Below, piece by piece: positions 40,404-51,300 of a stretch of DNA of 64,000 nt. Under the pieces are notes generated by a model, which did not search any database, had not been told where the DNA came from, and was given only the letters and a program-made list of their open reading frames with translations. The stretch covers positions 32,001 to 96,000 of IMG/VR virus record IMGVR_UViG_3300028569_002801, one strand, 5' to 3'. Position numbers and translations under genes: made by a program. Source of the DNA: a virus. Position 1 is the stretch's first letter. Every line of letters starts with the position of its first letter.

Positions 40404-40619
40404 TTATTGTAATTTAGTATTACCTTTTTCATAACTGGGTTCAAATGGGCAATGTAAACATTTATTACCACAACACTTGCCTCGTTTTTTGTGATACTCT
40501 TCAGTCATTACCATTCTACCGTTTTTATCGTAATAAAAGTCTGTAGGAAGGAGTTTAGGGTTAATAAACTCCTTCACATATAACTCTTGTATCCAATCTT
40601 TAGATGCCCCTACATTCAT
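40404..40619 (-). CDS. DUF5522-like small Cys/His protein
   Basis: DFYY...MVMTEEYHKKRGKCCGNKCLHCPF. Confidence 0.75.
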   Translation of the reverse strand: MNVGASKDWIQELYVKEFINPKLLPTDFYYDKNGRMVMTEEYHKKRGKCCGNKCLHCPFEPSYEKGNTKLQ

Positions 40620-40629
40620 TTTATTTTAT

Positions 40630-42489
40630 TTATACAATTTCACATGCTCCACCCGCACAAGCCACTTCTCCTCGTAGGTCAGTGTTATCTTGTAACTCAA
40701 TTACTTTAGTAAGATCAATATTAGTTAATGTTTTTACTAAGTTTTCATATTCTTCCTTTGTACAATCGGAAAACGGAGCCTGGGTATAAGAACCACCATT
40801 GTAAGGTAAAACTGACAAACCGTTGTAGAAATCTCTATTATTCCACATCCATTCACCTACTAAGTCCCACTCATCTTCTTTAATTGAAACCGTTGCAGAT
40901 ACGTTGTGAGAGTTTTGTCCGTTTCTATGTCCAGGTTTAATCCATTCTTGAGATACTTTTTTAACTCTTTCCAACATTTGGAATACAGACTCGTGTCTTA
41001 TAATAGCCCCTTCGGGTGCCTTTTGTGGTATACCAATAACTGCAGTATCGTGAGGACGGAAAAACTCATCTTCAATCAACTCAGGGTGGTTAACCGCCAA
41101 GTAAGAATATATCGATTCATTTTTACCTACACGGATTCTTCTTAAATAGAAGTCATTATGCCAAGCGTGGATTCCTGATGAAGTACCCAATACCAATGAT
41201 GAGGTACCTGATGGTTTAACAGTTGTTGTTCTTGCTGATTTATTAATTCCAATAAGTGTTGCAACTCTTTCGTTTTCTTCTTTAACTGCCTTAGCCGCTT
41301 TTTTCATATCATATCCTAAAACAACTCCTGATCCAATACCTGTCATTCCAACACCAATAAGTGCGTCTTTTTCTGTTGTTCTTTTCCAAATATCTCTTAG
41401 ATAATGGAAGTCAGTGTATCCTGCTTGTAGTGTTCCAATGAACGCAGCCGCTCTAACTCTTTTTTCAAAGTCCTCTTGTGACTCGATGTCAGATGCATTT
41501 ACTTCACATAGGTTACAGAATTGGAACGGACGAAGTGCTATTTCACAACAAGGGTTTGTTCCCCAATCTTTATCGTTAGATAGGTAGATTCCAGGTTCTC
41601 CTGCCCCTGATAACTCAATGCGTTTCCAAAGATCCATAAAGAATTCTTTTGTGATTTTGTGACGAAGAAGTACTGCCGAGTTATTAGCTCTACCTCTTTG
41701 TGCGTTTTGTTCCCACCAACTTCCTGATTTACAAGAAATCATTTCTTCATCATCGGCTGAGAATAAAGAGATAAGTGCTGCCCTTCTAATACCACCTGCA
41801 AGTACCGCATCTGCAATATGACATACGATATCGTGAGTTTCAATTGGTGTTAATTTTTCACCATCTTTTTTGTTATCCAACACTTTTGTAATGTGGTGAA
41901 TACAATCTTTTAATGGTTGAGGACCTGGAGCCTTTCCTCCTGATGTTACAAGCATTGCCCCTTTGTGTCTGATATCTGAAAAATCAAATATTGGTGTTGA
42001 TGATTTATAACCTAAGTATGATTCCATCAATACTTTAATTGCGTCTGCCCATCCTTCAATAGAATCACCAATTAGGTATCTTCTTGTTCTATCGGGGTTT
42101 GGTTTTTTAACGTCTGGTAATTTTTCAACGTGGTGTTTTTGAACTGAGTACCCAACACCTGTTCCACCTAAAAGTAAAAACATTGTTTCAGAAAACGAAT
42201 CAACGTGGTCGATTGGTATATATGCACAATTATAAACTCTGTTAGGTGATATCTCAATTGGTTTTCCACCGAATTGTAATGATCTCATTGATGGTAATAC
42301 TTTCTTGTCGTATACCATTTTATATACCTCTTCTATCTCATCTTTGATATAAGGGTACTTACGTTGGTGCATCTCTTTGTTACGAGTCACCAACTCTTCC
42401 CAAGTCTCTCTCCGGTTCTTTTCGGGTTGAAACTTAGCGTATTTCATAAAGACAGTAATGTCACTTAATATTTTTTGCGAAATATCCAT
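40630..42489 (-). CDS. nrdJ: class II (adenosylcobalamin-dependent, monomeric RTPR-type) ribonucleotide reductase
   Basis: RETWEE, LPSMRSL, YNCA, GGIRRAA, TNPCCEI, TTVKPSGT and C-terminal CAGGACE; no beta subunit gene adjacent. Confidence 0.9.
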   Translation of the reverse strand: MDISQKILSDITVFMKYAKFQPEKNRRETWEELVTRNKEMHQRKYPYIKDEIEEVYKMVYDKKVLPSMRSLQFGGKPIEISPNRVYNCAYIPIDHVDSFSETMFLLLGGTGVGYSVQKHHVEKLPDVKKPNPDRTRRYLIGDSIEGWADAIKVLMESYLGYKSSTPIFDFSDIRHKGAMLVTSGGKAPGPQPLKDCIHHITKVLDNKKDGEKLTPIETHDIVCHIADAVLAGGIRRAALISLFSADDEEMISCKSGSWWEQNAQRGRANNSAVLLRHKITKEFFMDLWKRIELSGAGEPGIYLSNDKDWGTNPCCEIALRPFQFCNLCEVNASDIESQEDFEKRVRAAAFIGTLQAGYTDFHYLRDIWKRTTEKDALIGVGMTGIGSGVVLGYDMKKAAKAVKEENERVATLIGINKSARTTTVKPSGTSSLVLGTSSGIHAWHNDFYLRRIRVGKNESIYSYLAVNHPELIEDEFFRPHDTAVIGIPQKAPEGAIIRHESVFQMLERVKKVSQEWIKPGHRNGQNSHNVSATVSIKEDEWDLVGEWMWNNRDFYNGLSVLPYNGGSYTQAPFSDCTKEEYENLVKTLTNIDLTKVIELQDNTDLRGEVACAGGACEIV

Positions 42490-42514
42490 TTTTAATTTAT
42501 TTTAATAATTTATT

Positions 42515-43894
42515 TTAAGATTCTTGTTCTTTTTGTTTTTTTCTTTCCAATAACTCCTTAATACGGCTACGGTTTCTTTCTTCTTTTTGTTCCTCGTGAC
42601 CAAGGAATGTTACACTTTGTTCTGTGTCAATCTCTAACATACCGTTATCAAATTTACAGTTTTCAAATATAACTCCATCTTTACCAATTCTAGATTTAGT
42701 AATTGCGATGGTTGCTAAATTCATCTCTTTTTGTTGTAGACTCTTAGCCACCGTAATGATTACGTGACCAACTTGTGCCTTTTTAATTGATCCACCCATT
42801 TGGTCTGTTGTTACCACTTCTGCTGATATTGAGCTTCTATTTCCTTGTGTTGCTGTCCATCCTGCAATATCCAACTCGTGACACATAGCCTCAAACCCTC
42901 TCATAACTGAACCTTCACTTTTCCATTCGTCACCCAAATTTTTGTCTGGTACTACACAATCAATATAATCTAAAATTATCATATCAATTTTTGTCCCTTC
43001 AGCAATCATTTTTCTAACTTGGTTTTTAATCTGATTCATAGTTACAGTATCGGAAGACAACTTTTTCATAATCAACTTATTTTTTCTTGATTCTTGAATC
43101 TGTTTAACTTTTTCCATTACCTCAACTCTATTTTCAGTTAAATCGTCAGGGTGAATTCCAGTCCAAAGTGTTATGTGTTTTCTTTGAATGATTTTAGGGT
43201 TGTCTTCAAAAAATATCTGAAGAACGTTATACCCTAAGTTAAATGCGTGGTTTGCAATTTTGGTTGTGAATGTTGATTTACCAACTCCGGTAGGGGCTAA
43301 AATAACGCCAATTTCTCCTTTGGCTAATCCTCCTTTTAATAAATTATCTATACCGGGGACACCAATAGGTATTGGATGTCTGTAATCCTCATTTAATACC
43401 TCATCAAGGTTAAAAAACACATCCGCAGTTCCTTTATCTACTTCACCAACTTGAAGTGCTCCTCTAACCATTTCTTCTAACTTATCGTAACTCTCAAAAT
43501 CACCTTTATCAATGATTGACTGAGTTTTAACCATAACTTTTTGAAGTTCCTGTTGTTTACAGAATTTTAAGGCTTTTTCTTGAACAAATATAGAACCCTC
43601 ATCAGCTACATTCTTAACCTGTTCTAACGTATCTAAAATGTTCTTTTGAGCCATAGGTGAGCTGATTTCTGATTTTGTTAATTGTTCAAGGGTATTAAAT
43701 GTCGGAGTGTGCTCATATTTTGTATAATATTCTCTAATCATTTGACAAATAATTCTAAAATATTGGTTATCAAAATAGTGAGGATCAATAACTTCAATTA
43801 TGGAATTAGCAAAATCTTTGTATGTTACTATATTATTTAAAAGTTGTATTTGAAAGGTATTTCCTAAGTATCCGAAGTTCTTTTTGTCTGACAT
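42515..43894 (-). CDS. replicative DNA helicase (DnaB/T4 gp41-like)
   Basis: GGLAKGEIGVILAPTGVGKST, IILDYID, WTATQGNR, KSRIG. Confidence 0.93.
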   Translation of the reverse strand: MSDKKNFGYLGNTFQIQLLNNIVTYKDFANSIIEVIDPHYFDNQYFRIICQMIREYYTKYEHTPTFNTLEQLTKSEISSPMAQKNILDTLEQVKNVADEGSIFVQEKALKFCKQQELQKVMVKTQSIIDKGDFESYDKLEEMVRGALQVGEVDKGTADVFFNLDEVLNEDYRHPIPIGVPGIDNLLKGGLAKGEIGVILAPTGVGKSTFTTKIANHAFNLGYNVLQIFFEDNPKIIQRKHITLWTGIHPDDLTENRVEVMEKVKQIQESRKNKLIMKKLSSDTVTMNQIKNQVRKMIAEGTKIDMIILDYIDCVVPDKNLGDEWKSEGSVMRGFEAMCHELDIAGWTATQGNRSSISAEVVTTDQMGGSIKKAQVGHVIITVAKSLQQKEMNLATIAITKSRIGKDGVIFENCKFDNGMLEIDTEQSVTFLGHEEQKEERNRSRIKELLERKKQKEQES

Positions 43895-43932
43895 ATTTTA
43901 TAGATTTTTGTTCTGTGTTTTAATAAATACTA

Positions 43933-44385
43933 TTAATCTAATGAATAGTTCATCATCTCAAATGATAAATTTTTCTCTGAAAAAATGTCAGTTAGTTCTC
44001 TTAAAATGTTTTTTATGGATGGGCGTATGTCCAGAGTGTATCTTACCTTTGGTGGGTATACTTTCGCATCAAAGATTCTATGACAAATTGTCTCATTTCC
44101 AAGTTTTAAAATAATGTTAAATGTTTCAGGACCATCAGTGTTTGACGTTTCAAGGATTGACGCATCCTCTTCAATTTGAAATCTATTTTCTAACATGTAT
44201 ACTACTGTCTTATTTCTTAACTTCGTTTGTAACTCCATATCCAAATCCTTAATGTATTCAGTTAACTCCGCACTATTTTTAGCTTTAGGGTTAAATCCTT
44301 TTACGTTAAAGAATCTTTGGACTACAAAATTATTGTTAAGTGTCATTAAGAATTCAACTTTAGTAATGTCATTTTGTTCTTTCAT
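43933..44385 (-). CDS. hypothetical protein
   Basis: 150-aa ORF within the replication operon. Confidence 0.7.
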   Translation of the reverse strand: MKEQNDITKVEFLMTLNNNFVVQRFFNVKGFNPKAKNSAELTEYIKDLDMELQTKLRNKTVVYMLENRFQIEEDASILETSNTDGPETFNIILKLGNETICHRIFDAKVYPPKVRYTLDIRPSIKNILRELTDIFSEKNLSFEMMNYSLD

Positions 44386-44389
44386 AATT

Positions 44390-45397
44390 TTACTTTTTTG
44401 TTTTAAATTTTGTTTTTTCTTTTCTTGTTAGTTTTAAGAATGGTTTTAAAAAATAAACCCATGCTTCATCGTTTTTTGGAAGGTATTTAAAGATGCCGTC
44501 CTCCATCATCATTCTAATTAGATTCTTATACCCTCTTCCGTCAGGATCCAATGACTCAGAGTAATATGATTCAACTAATTCTTTTCCTTCGTCAGATATT
44601 AATGGGTTTGATAAATCAACAATCTTTTTGTTTATTTCAAAAAACTCATCTCCAAAAATACCTTCTTTAGTTTTCCCCGTTAAAAGATTCTTTAAAACGG
44701 TATTGTCTTTTTGTTCTTTTAGAAGTTCTTCACTCTTTGTTAAAATATCGGTAAAAGAAACTTCTTTTTCAAGTATCTCAGGAAATAATTTAACGAAAGT
44801 TTTCTCACCAAAATAATAGATACCATCAATGTTATCTGACTTATCGCCAGAAAGTATCTTAAATGTTTTTACATTATAGTGAGGTATCTCAATATCGTGT
44901 AATTTGATATTATCTCCCTTCTTATAATACTTCTTGGTATTAGGTGAATAGATTGTCACATCATCAGAGATAAGTTGTGTAAGGTCTCTATCTCCACTAA
45001 AAATGGTTTTATCTTCTCCTTTAGATATTTGACAATAGTAGGCGATTAAATCGTCTGCTTCTGAGTTTGGAAACTCAAGTTGTCTTACAAACATTTCCTC
45101 AAGGTATTCCTTAACTCTATGTTTTTGTTTGTTAAATGATTCCTCCTTCATTTCATTTTCAGGAGCCTTTCGGTTAAGTTTGTATTTTGGGTAGATTAAC
45201 CTTCTTTGTGAAGAACTTGTTTCTCCATCCCAAAATACAATTACCTTACTGAAGTTTTCTTCGTCTATAAACCTACGTAATGTATTTATAAAGTGCCAAA
45301 GACCCCCAATGTGTTCTCCCTTGTTAAAGTAATCTTTAACTCCGTGAAATCCAATTTTTAATAGGTTGTTTCCGTCAACCAATAACGTCTTTGTCAT
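44390..45397 (-). CDS. 5'-3' exonuclease/flap endonuclease (T4 RNase H / PolI N-terminal-like)
   Basis: LLVDGNNL, VFWDG, YKLNR, EADDLIA, SGDRDLTQL, GDKSDNIDG. Confidence 0.93.
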   Translation of the reverse strand: MTKTLLVDGNNLLKIGFHGVKDYFNKGEHIGGLWHFINTLRRFIDEENFSKVIVFWDGETSSSQRRLIYPKYKLNRKAPENEMKEESFNKQKHRVKEYLEEMFVRQLEFPNSEADDLIAYYCQISKGEDKTIFSGDRDLTQLISDDVTIYSPNTKKYYKKGDNIKLHDIEIPHYNVKTFKILSGDKSDNIDGIYYFGEKTFVKLFPEILEKEVSFTDILTKSEELLKEQKDNTVLKNLLTGKTKEGIFGDEFFEINKKIVDLSNPLISDEGKELVESYYSESLDPDGRGYKNLIRMMMEDGIFKYLPKNDEAWVYFLKPFLKLTRKEKTKFKTKK

Positions 45398-45421
45398 TTC
45401 TGTATTATTACAGGGTTCTTA

Positions 45422-46426
45422 CTATGATTCTTCTTTTTCTGTTTTCAAATCAAAATCACCATCAACTCCGATAATTTCTTTCCAATACTCAGCGTATTCT
45501 TTTTTGTATTGTTCAATTGACGCCTTCTCTTCCGTTGCCTCTTTTCCAGGTAAAAATCCATGTGGTGTTATAATTATTTTCCCATCTTCAAACCCAAGTC
45601 CGTTGATGTGGTTTTTCATAACAGATACCTTTGTTCTCGATGCAAATTTAATTGTTCGTTTGTCTTTGGTTGCTGTGATTTTAGTTGTTCCAGCTCCTTT
45701 TTGATTTCCAAATAAGAATACCAATGATGAGTTTAACCAAATTGCTTCACCACCTTTTGCTTTAATTTTTGGTTGTCCAAAAGGATTGTCAGGTAATTCA
45801 ACCCAAGGCTGATTAACAATGATTAGGGTGTTTTCGTATTTAGAATCTGATTTACGTGATCCTGAGATACGTTGGTTAATCCCCATACCGATTTTATCTG
45901 CTAAAGTAGATGCGTTATGTTGTTTACCACCCTTACCTTCAAAAGTCATTTTACAAGGAACAGAACCAACTGAATCCCACATAAAACATAAACTATAATC
46001 TAATTCACCCTTTTCTTGTGCATCTAATAAAGAATTAATATAATCGGTAATTTGTTCTATATAACTAAAGTTATTATTGAATATGTAAAATCCGTCCCAA
46101 TCTAATTCTCCTGTCTCTTCATCAACAACTTCTTCACATTCAAAACCCATAAGTTTTGCATGTTCAAAACTCCATTTTTGTTCTGTAATAATAAACACAG
46201 GAAGAATACCTTTCCTTTGTGCGTCTACTGCGGTTTTAACTAAGGCAGTTGTCTTACCAGTATCAGAATGTCCCAAGAACATATTAATATGCCCCATCGC
46301 CGGACCTGGTAATCCAACTGCGTCTAAAAATGGTTCTCCAAGATCAAAAAATCTTTGTGGTTTATATTTTGCAGACGTAGAAAATTTCTTTTTTAATGAA
46401 CCGAAGTCGGTTTTTTTAATTGCCAT
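45422..46426 (-). CDS. RecA/UvsX-like recombinase
   Basis: GHSDTGKTT Walker A, WDSVGS, IIVNQ, KGGEA, KNHI. Confidence 0.88.
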   Translation of the reverse strand: MAIKKTDFGSLKKKFSTSAKYKPQRFFDLGEPFLDAVGLPGPAMGHINMFLGHSDTGKTTALVKTAVDAQRKGILPVFIITEQKWSFEHAKLMGFECEEVVDEETGELDWDGFYIFNNNFSYIEQITDYINSLLDAQEKGELDYSLCFMWDSVGSVPCKMTFEGKGGKQHNASTLADKIGMGINQRISGSRKSDSKYENTLIIVNQPWVELPDNPFGQPKIKAKGGEAIWLNSSLVFLFGNQKGAGTTKITATKDKRTIKFASRTKVSVMKNHINGLGFEDGKIIITPHGFLPGKEATEEKASIEQYKKEYAEYWKEIIGVDGDFDLKTEKEES

Positions 46427-46451
46427 ATATTTGTTTGTTTTTTTAAAAGTT

Positions 46452-46484
46452 AAAAAAAGGTAGTGACTTTGTAAATCACTACCT
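46452..46484 (-). terminator. intrinsic terminator after SSB gene
   Basis: AGGTAGTGATTT-ACA-AAGTCACTACCT plus T6. Confidence 0.85.
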
Positions 46485-46501
46485 AACTTTATAGGTTTGT
46501 A

Positions 46502-47356
46502 TTAGAATGGTAGATCCTCATCTGCAACATCGTTTACTTGTGGATCAACGATTGGTGTTTCTACTTTTGTTTCAGCTCCACCACCAAGAGAAATCTCAGA
46601 TTCATCACCGTAAACATATTTTTTAAGTTCAGAACTCCACATTGGTGTTTCTCCAACTGCAACTGCCTCTAAATATTCTACAGGTTTTTTAGCGTAAACG
46701 TCTTTCCAAGTAAGTTCGTCTGTCATCCAACCTTCCATAATTTCACCGTCAGTGTGGATAGGTGCTGGATCATCATACATAATCGTTTGAACTACTGTAT
46801 ACTCTTTTCCTTGTGGTGTTTTTGCTTTGATTAGTTCAATAATCAAATCACGTCCTTTTTCAGAATCAGTTAAGTCACCTTTCGCTTTCCAAATAGGTAG
46901 GATTTTATCCAAGACACCTTCTTGTTTGTAATTGTGTTTGAATCTCCAAAACTTAACTCCGTCTTGTTCGTTATCACGATCAACTACTTTTACAATGTAA
47001 AATAAACGTGAACGGTACTGACCCGCCAAGTCTTTATCTTCTTTTTTCCCTGTAGCCATAAGTTCATTATAAACTTCTGTTAGTGGGGAACGCTCGTTGT
47101 CATTTTTTTCAGGATCGTACAACTTTACCCATTGTCCATTAATTTGCATTTCGTGGTACCAAACTTCTACAAATGGTGATGAACCATCTTTTGTTGGTAG
47201 GATACGAACTCTACGTTGTCCGGATTTTTCATTCTTTTGAAGGATTGCTGAAAAGTATCTTTTCAATCTGTCTTCTTGTGAAATGTTTTGTTTTTGTGAA
47301 CTCGGTGTTGAGTTCTTTTCGTACTGTGCTAGTACTGCATCAATTGAATTTGCCAT
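46502..47356 (-). CDS. single-stranded DNA-binding protein (T4 gp32-like)
   Basis: VRILP...PFVEVWYH, VKVVDRDNEQDGVKFWRF, GRDLII, acidic tail ending DEDLPF. Confidence 0.85.
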   Translation of the reverse strand: MANSIDAVLAQYEKNSTPSSQKQNISQEDRLKRYFSAILQKNEKSGQRRVRILPTKDGSSPFVEVWYHEMQINGQWVKLYDPEKNDNERSPLTEVYNELMATGKKEDKDLAGQYRSRLFYIVKVVDRDNEQDGVKFWRFKHNYKQEGVLDKILPIWKAKGDLTDSEKGRDLIIELIKAKTPQGKEYTVVQTIMYDDPAPIHTDGEIMEGWMTDELTWKDVYAKKPVEYLEAVAVGETPMWSSELKKYVYGDESEISLGGGAETKVETPIVDPQVNDVADEDLPF

Positions 47357-47395
47357 AGATTTTTGTTTTTAATTTATACTCTTTTATCTATAACA

Positions 47396-47423
47396 ATTAT
47401 AAGTGATTTTTCTAAAATGTCAA
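47396..47423 (-). promoter_or_regulatory. sigma-70 consensus-type promoter ahead of the replication operon
   Basis: Minus strand TTGACA-16 nt-TATAAT, 40 nt upstream of the SSB start and just after a terminator. Confidence 0.7.
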
Positions 47424-47425
47424 AT

Positions 47426-47454
47426 AAAAAAGGGCTCAAATACTTGAACCCTTT
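47426..47454 (-). terminator. intrinsic terminator ending the tail operon
   Basis: AAAGGGTTCAA-GTAT-TTGAGCCCTTT plus Ts. Confidence 0.75.
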
Positions 47455-47486
47455 CCACTTCCTAAATCTTTATTTTGGAATTATTT

Positions 47487-48116
47487 TTATTCTTCTTCTT
47501 GGTAATTATTAAACGTTTTTTTAATCTCGTTTGGTGATATATTTTCAACGTCGTCAGATGTTAATATATATTCATTTTTACCTGTCTCTTCCATCTCATC
47601 TTTTTTATCATCAAAGAAATCTGTTAATTTTTGGTTATAAGGATAAGAATCTAAAGATCTTAACATTAACTTTTCTTCAGGGGTTTTTTGTCTGTACTTG
47701 TCAAATTTAGTTTCTAATGAATTTATTTTATCCATAATATCATCCATATGGGATAGTTTTGACTCTAAATCATCTAACTTACTAAAAATACCATCCATAA
47801 ATTCGTCTTGTTTGGTTTTAATATCTTGTTGTGCCGTAACCAAATCTGTAATATCAATTTCTTCTGAGGTATCACCATCACCTTTATCGTCACCAACTTC
47901 TTCAACATCAGGATCGTTTTCAACGTCTATTGGTTCAGGAATTGCCCCATCTGCCGGTGGAGCAGGAGCTGCAGGTGGTGCAGGTGCCGCTGGGTCAGCA
48001 GGTGGTGCAGGTGCCGCTGGATCTACTGGCGGTGGTGGAGCATCTTGTTCATTTAAATATGAATTAATATTATTAAATCTTCTTAGTTCCTCCAATATTT
48101 TATTATCTATTCCCAT
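47487..48116 (-). CDS. acidic Pro/Ala-rich coiled-coil protein (possible head core/internal protein)
   Basis: ILEELRRF...YLNEQ leader, PAAPAPPA repeats (27-nt duplication at ~47971-48024), coiled coil. Confidence 0.6.
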   Translation of the reverse strand: MGIDNKILEELRRFNNINSYLNEQDAPPPPVDPAAPAPPADPAAPAPPAAPAPPADGAIPEPIDVENDPDVEEVGDDKGDGDTSEEIDITDLVTAQQDIKTKQDEFMDGIFSKLDDLESKLSHMDDIMDKINSLETKFDKYRQKTPEEKLMLRSLDSYPYNQKLTDFFDDKKDEMEETGKNEYILTSDDVENISPNEIKKTFNNYQEEE

Positions 48117-48126
48117 TTTTTAATTT

Positions 48127-48351
48127 TTATCCGTTTAATAATGTTTTAACTCCTGTAGGTGTTTCAACTTTTAATGTTCTATTTGTTCTCATAGTGTTAT
48201 CTACTCTTTCTATTAAACCATCTTTCATTCTAATAGTATAACAATCACCAGTATCTAAATCACAAACTTCTTTATAACCGTTCTCAACTTGTTTTTCGGT
48301 TACTCTCGTATCTTTTCTAAGATAATCGTCTAATAAATTTTTAACATTCAT
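48127..48351 (-). CDS. hypothetical protein
   Basis: 74-aa ORF with EVCDLDTGDCYTI; TATTTAT motif upstream. Confidence 0.65.
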   Translation of the reverse strand: MNVKNLLDDYLRKDTRVTEKQVENGYKEVCDLDTGDCYTIRMKDGLIERVDNTMRTNRTLKVETPTGVKTLLNG

Positions 48352-48379
48352 AATCTTATTTTTTATATATAAATATATT

Positions 48380-51300
48380 CTAGTTTGGATTTAGAACAAA
48401 ATTTTCATACAGCGTTGTAAAAATGGTAACATAATTATTATATACACTAATTACCTTTGTATTTGTGTTATTAATTACTTCGTTTTTAATTTGTTCCGCA
48501 GTTAAGGGTGGTGGTCCAAAAGCCACCGGAGTATTCCAAGTTGTATAACATATTTGAGCTAAAGCCTTACCATACTGTTTATATTCATTAGTATCAATAT
48601 TTAATGTTTTTAATGATTCTATTAATGGTATCATTGATTGGTAAAAGGACACCATAAATTTAGTAGATGTTGTTGTATCTAAAAAACTCGCTAAAGCCAC
48701 CGAGACACCCATAATGTCAACACATGTCTGCTCTTTTAAATATGTATCTAAACTACCATTATGTTTTGTTTCTGTTGATATCTCGTATAAATTATTATTT
48801 ATTGAATTCAATAACGCCAAATCAGTCTCATAACTATTAACGGGTCTTGTAAGAGCAATACCTAAAAGTAATGCTCTTAACGCACTATTGGTTGTTTCCG
48901 CCTTAATGATTGGTAATAATTCTTCATATGTTATTGCGGTTCTTTTTACATCAACAAACGGTAATGACGTGTATTTTGTTTTTTCTTTACACGCATCGGT
49001 ACCCGTTTTAGTTGTTTTTATAGTTGGATCGGTATTGATTAATGTTTCTCCTGATGTAGGGGTGTTTGTTTTTTTATTTTTTTCTTTGTACGACTGTAAT
49101 ATTTTTTGATTAACGTTAATTAATAAGTTATCTACATTAGGTAAACTATATTTAGGTATTCTTGTTCCTTTAAATTTAGTTGTAAATCCGTTTTCAGATA
49201 TATTATGATCAACTTCATAAATCCAATAAGGACCATAAAATAATGGTACATGTCTTAATACAAAATACATTGTTGGTTGTATCATTACATTACCCATTGA
49301 TTCAACTCCACAACTATAAGATCTAGATTTATAGATACTATACATAGAAACTGATTGCTGAGCAACTTTATCCCCCGCCACAGAACCACCAATATCAGCA
49401 AATACTTTAAAAGACTCTGAAGTGTTTTTCATTTCAGACATATCTAAATCTAAATTCTTAAACATGTTTTGATTTTGTATTCCAAAATCAACACTAAACC
49501 CAACAACCCTATTTGTTTTAGAGTAGTCTCTTTTTGGGTCTGAGATTCTCAACGGGTTATCAGTAATTCTTAAATCAAAACTATCATCATCAAATCTAAT
49601 AAATGAATTTTCTTTTGGTTTTGGGTATTCAGACGGGTTACCCATGTATAAACATAAAAACTTAGGACTCGACTTAGTGTAATCAACTTCTAAGTATGTA
49701 CCAAATAACGAGTTAGGTATTTCAATATCTATTGATTGTCCGTTTTTTATTGCTGTTTGTATACCATAAAAATTTATATATGCCGGCATTGCAAAAAACA
49801 TAAACTGATTGTCACCTAAAATGTTACTTACTACCGTCATTAGATTCATGTCTGGATTATTCTGAGTATCTAATCTTTTCACTATCTTATCAACATCGAC
49901 AACGTAAACATCACCAACATCACTATTAGCCCTATCCATAAATAAAAAGTCCTCAAATAATGTGACATATTTTAAATCAGAACCAGCAATCCATTTATCG
50001 TTAAACCCTTTTAATGTGTTGTAAAGCGATAACTTACCAACATCCCCAGTAACTGAATTTGTTGTATTATCTTTTACGGTTATATTATTTAAATCTTTAT
50101 TTAAATTTAAAAATGTTTGATTTAATATTTTTTCTTGTATTGATTTTTGATCAGTTAAAAACTGATTTATTAATGTTGTAAATGTTTGTTTATTTAAATT
50201 TGGGTTATCTAACTTCTTTTGTGCATATAACCTTATAAGTGGATATGTTTTTATTACATTATCACTTGTAAATTCAATGTCGTTATCAATAAAGAAATCC
50301 GCAACAGTAGACTTAGGTGTTCCAAACAACGGAACCACAGGTTGTGGTTGATTTGCAGGTAACTGTTGTTGAGGTGTTAAATTTTGTTGTTGTTGATGTT
50401 GTGATAAACAATTTTGACTAGGTATTTTATATGTTAAACATTTAACCGCAGCGTTTGTATCATTTGGGTATGGGTATTCATCATAATCCAAAGTATATGT
50501 CTTAATTAAAAATAACGTTTGTGGTTGGTTCGGCGGATTAAATGTTGTTGTATTTGCGATTTTCCTAGCACAAAAATTTGTGGAGTTAGGAGTAAAAGAC
50601 TCTATCGCCTCAAGATAATATACTTCACCCTCCACGTAAGTACTACCAGTAGTAACAACATCAGATGTATTAAGTGGTATTACAACATTAAATATCTCAT
50701 TAGGTGAACAACAACTTTGGAACGTGTAATGTGTTGATGGTGTAATCGCGGATGTTGGTGATGTAGTCGCACTTGGCGTTGTAGTCGCACTTGGCGTTGT
50801 AGTCGCACTTGGCGTTGTTGAAGGAAATGCAGGATTCGGTTGTCCGGGGTAATCTATACCGTATATCGATGAGAACCCTAAATACGTCCTTAGAGTATTC
50901 CAAGCATCCTGATTTTGGGTAACACTTTGTAATAAAGTAACATTTGTACCATCTCCAGGAAGAGTTCCTTTTACGTATGGATTAAATGTATATTTTTCAA
51001 ATTCAGGAACAAATTCCTTAAGATTTGAAAATGAGTTAAATAACCTTCTATCAAAGTTACCTGGATTACCTAATTTAAGTACACAATCAAAATTTAAAAA
51101 TTCTTTTAGAGATGAGGTAAATGTTGCCATTTGTTTTTGTGCTAATGTTTTACCATCAACGTCCTCATTCACAAAAGTAATTCCAGATTTATTAACTAAA
51201 AATAAACTTAGTATCTGATTGTATAATCTTTTTTGTGCGATGTTTGCAACTTTATTACTGTTAGTATATGATGGATCAATTATCTCTTCTTTTAATATTA

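Noticed and set aside
40630-46426. Inteins or introns in NrdJ, helicase or RecA
   Set aside because: Proteins are normal length, uninterrupted, with no intein terminal or LAGLIDADG motifs
50763-50818. CRISPR-like repeat
   Set aside because: Units are contiguous with no spacers, in frame within a CDS, and no cas genes are present
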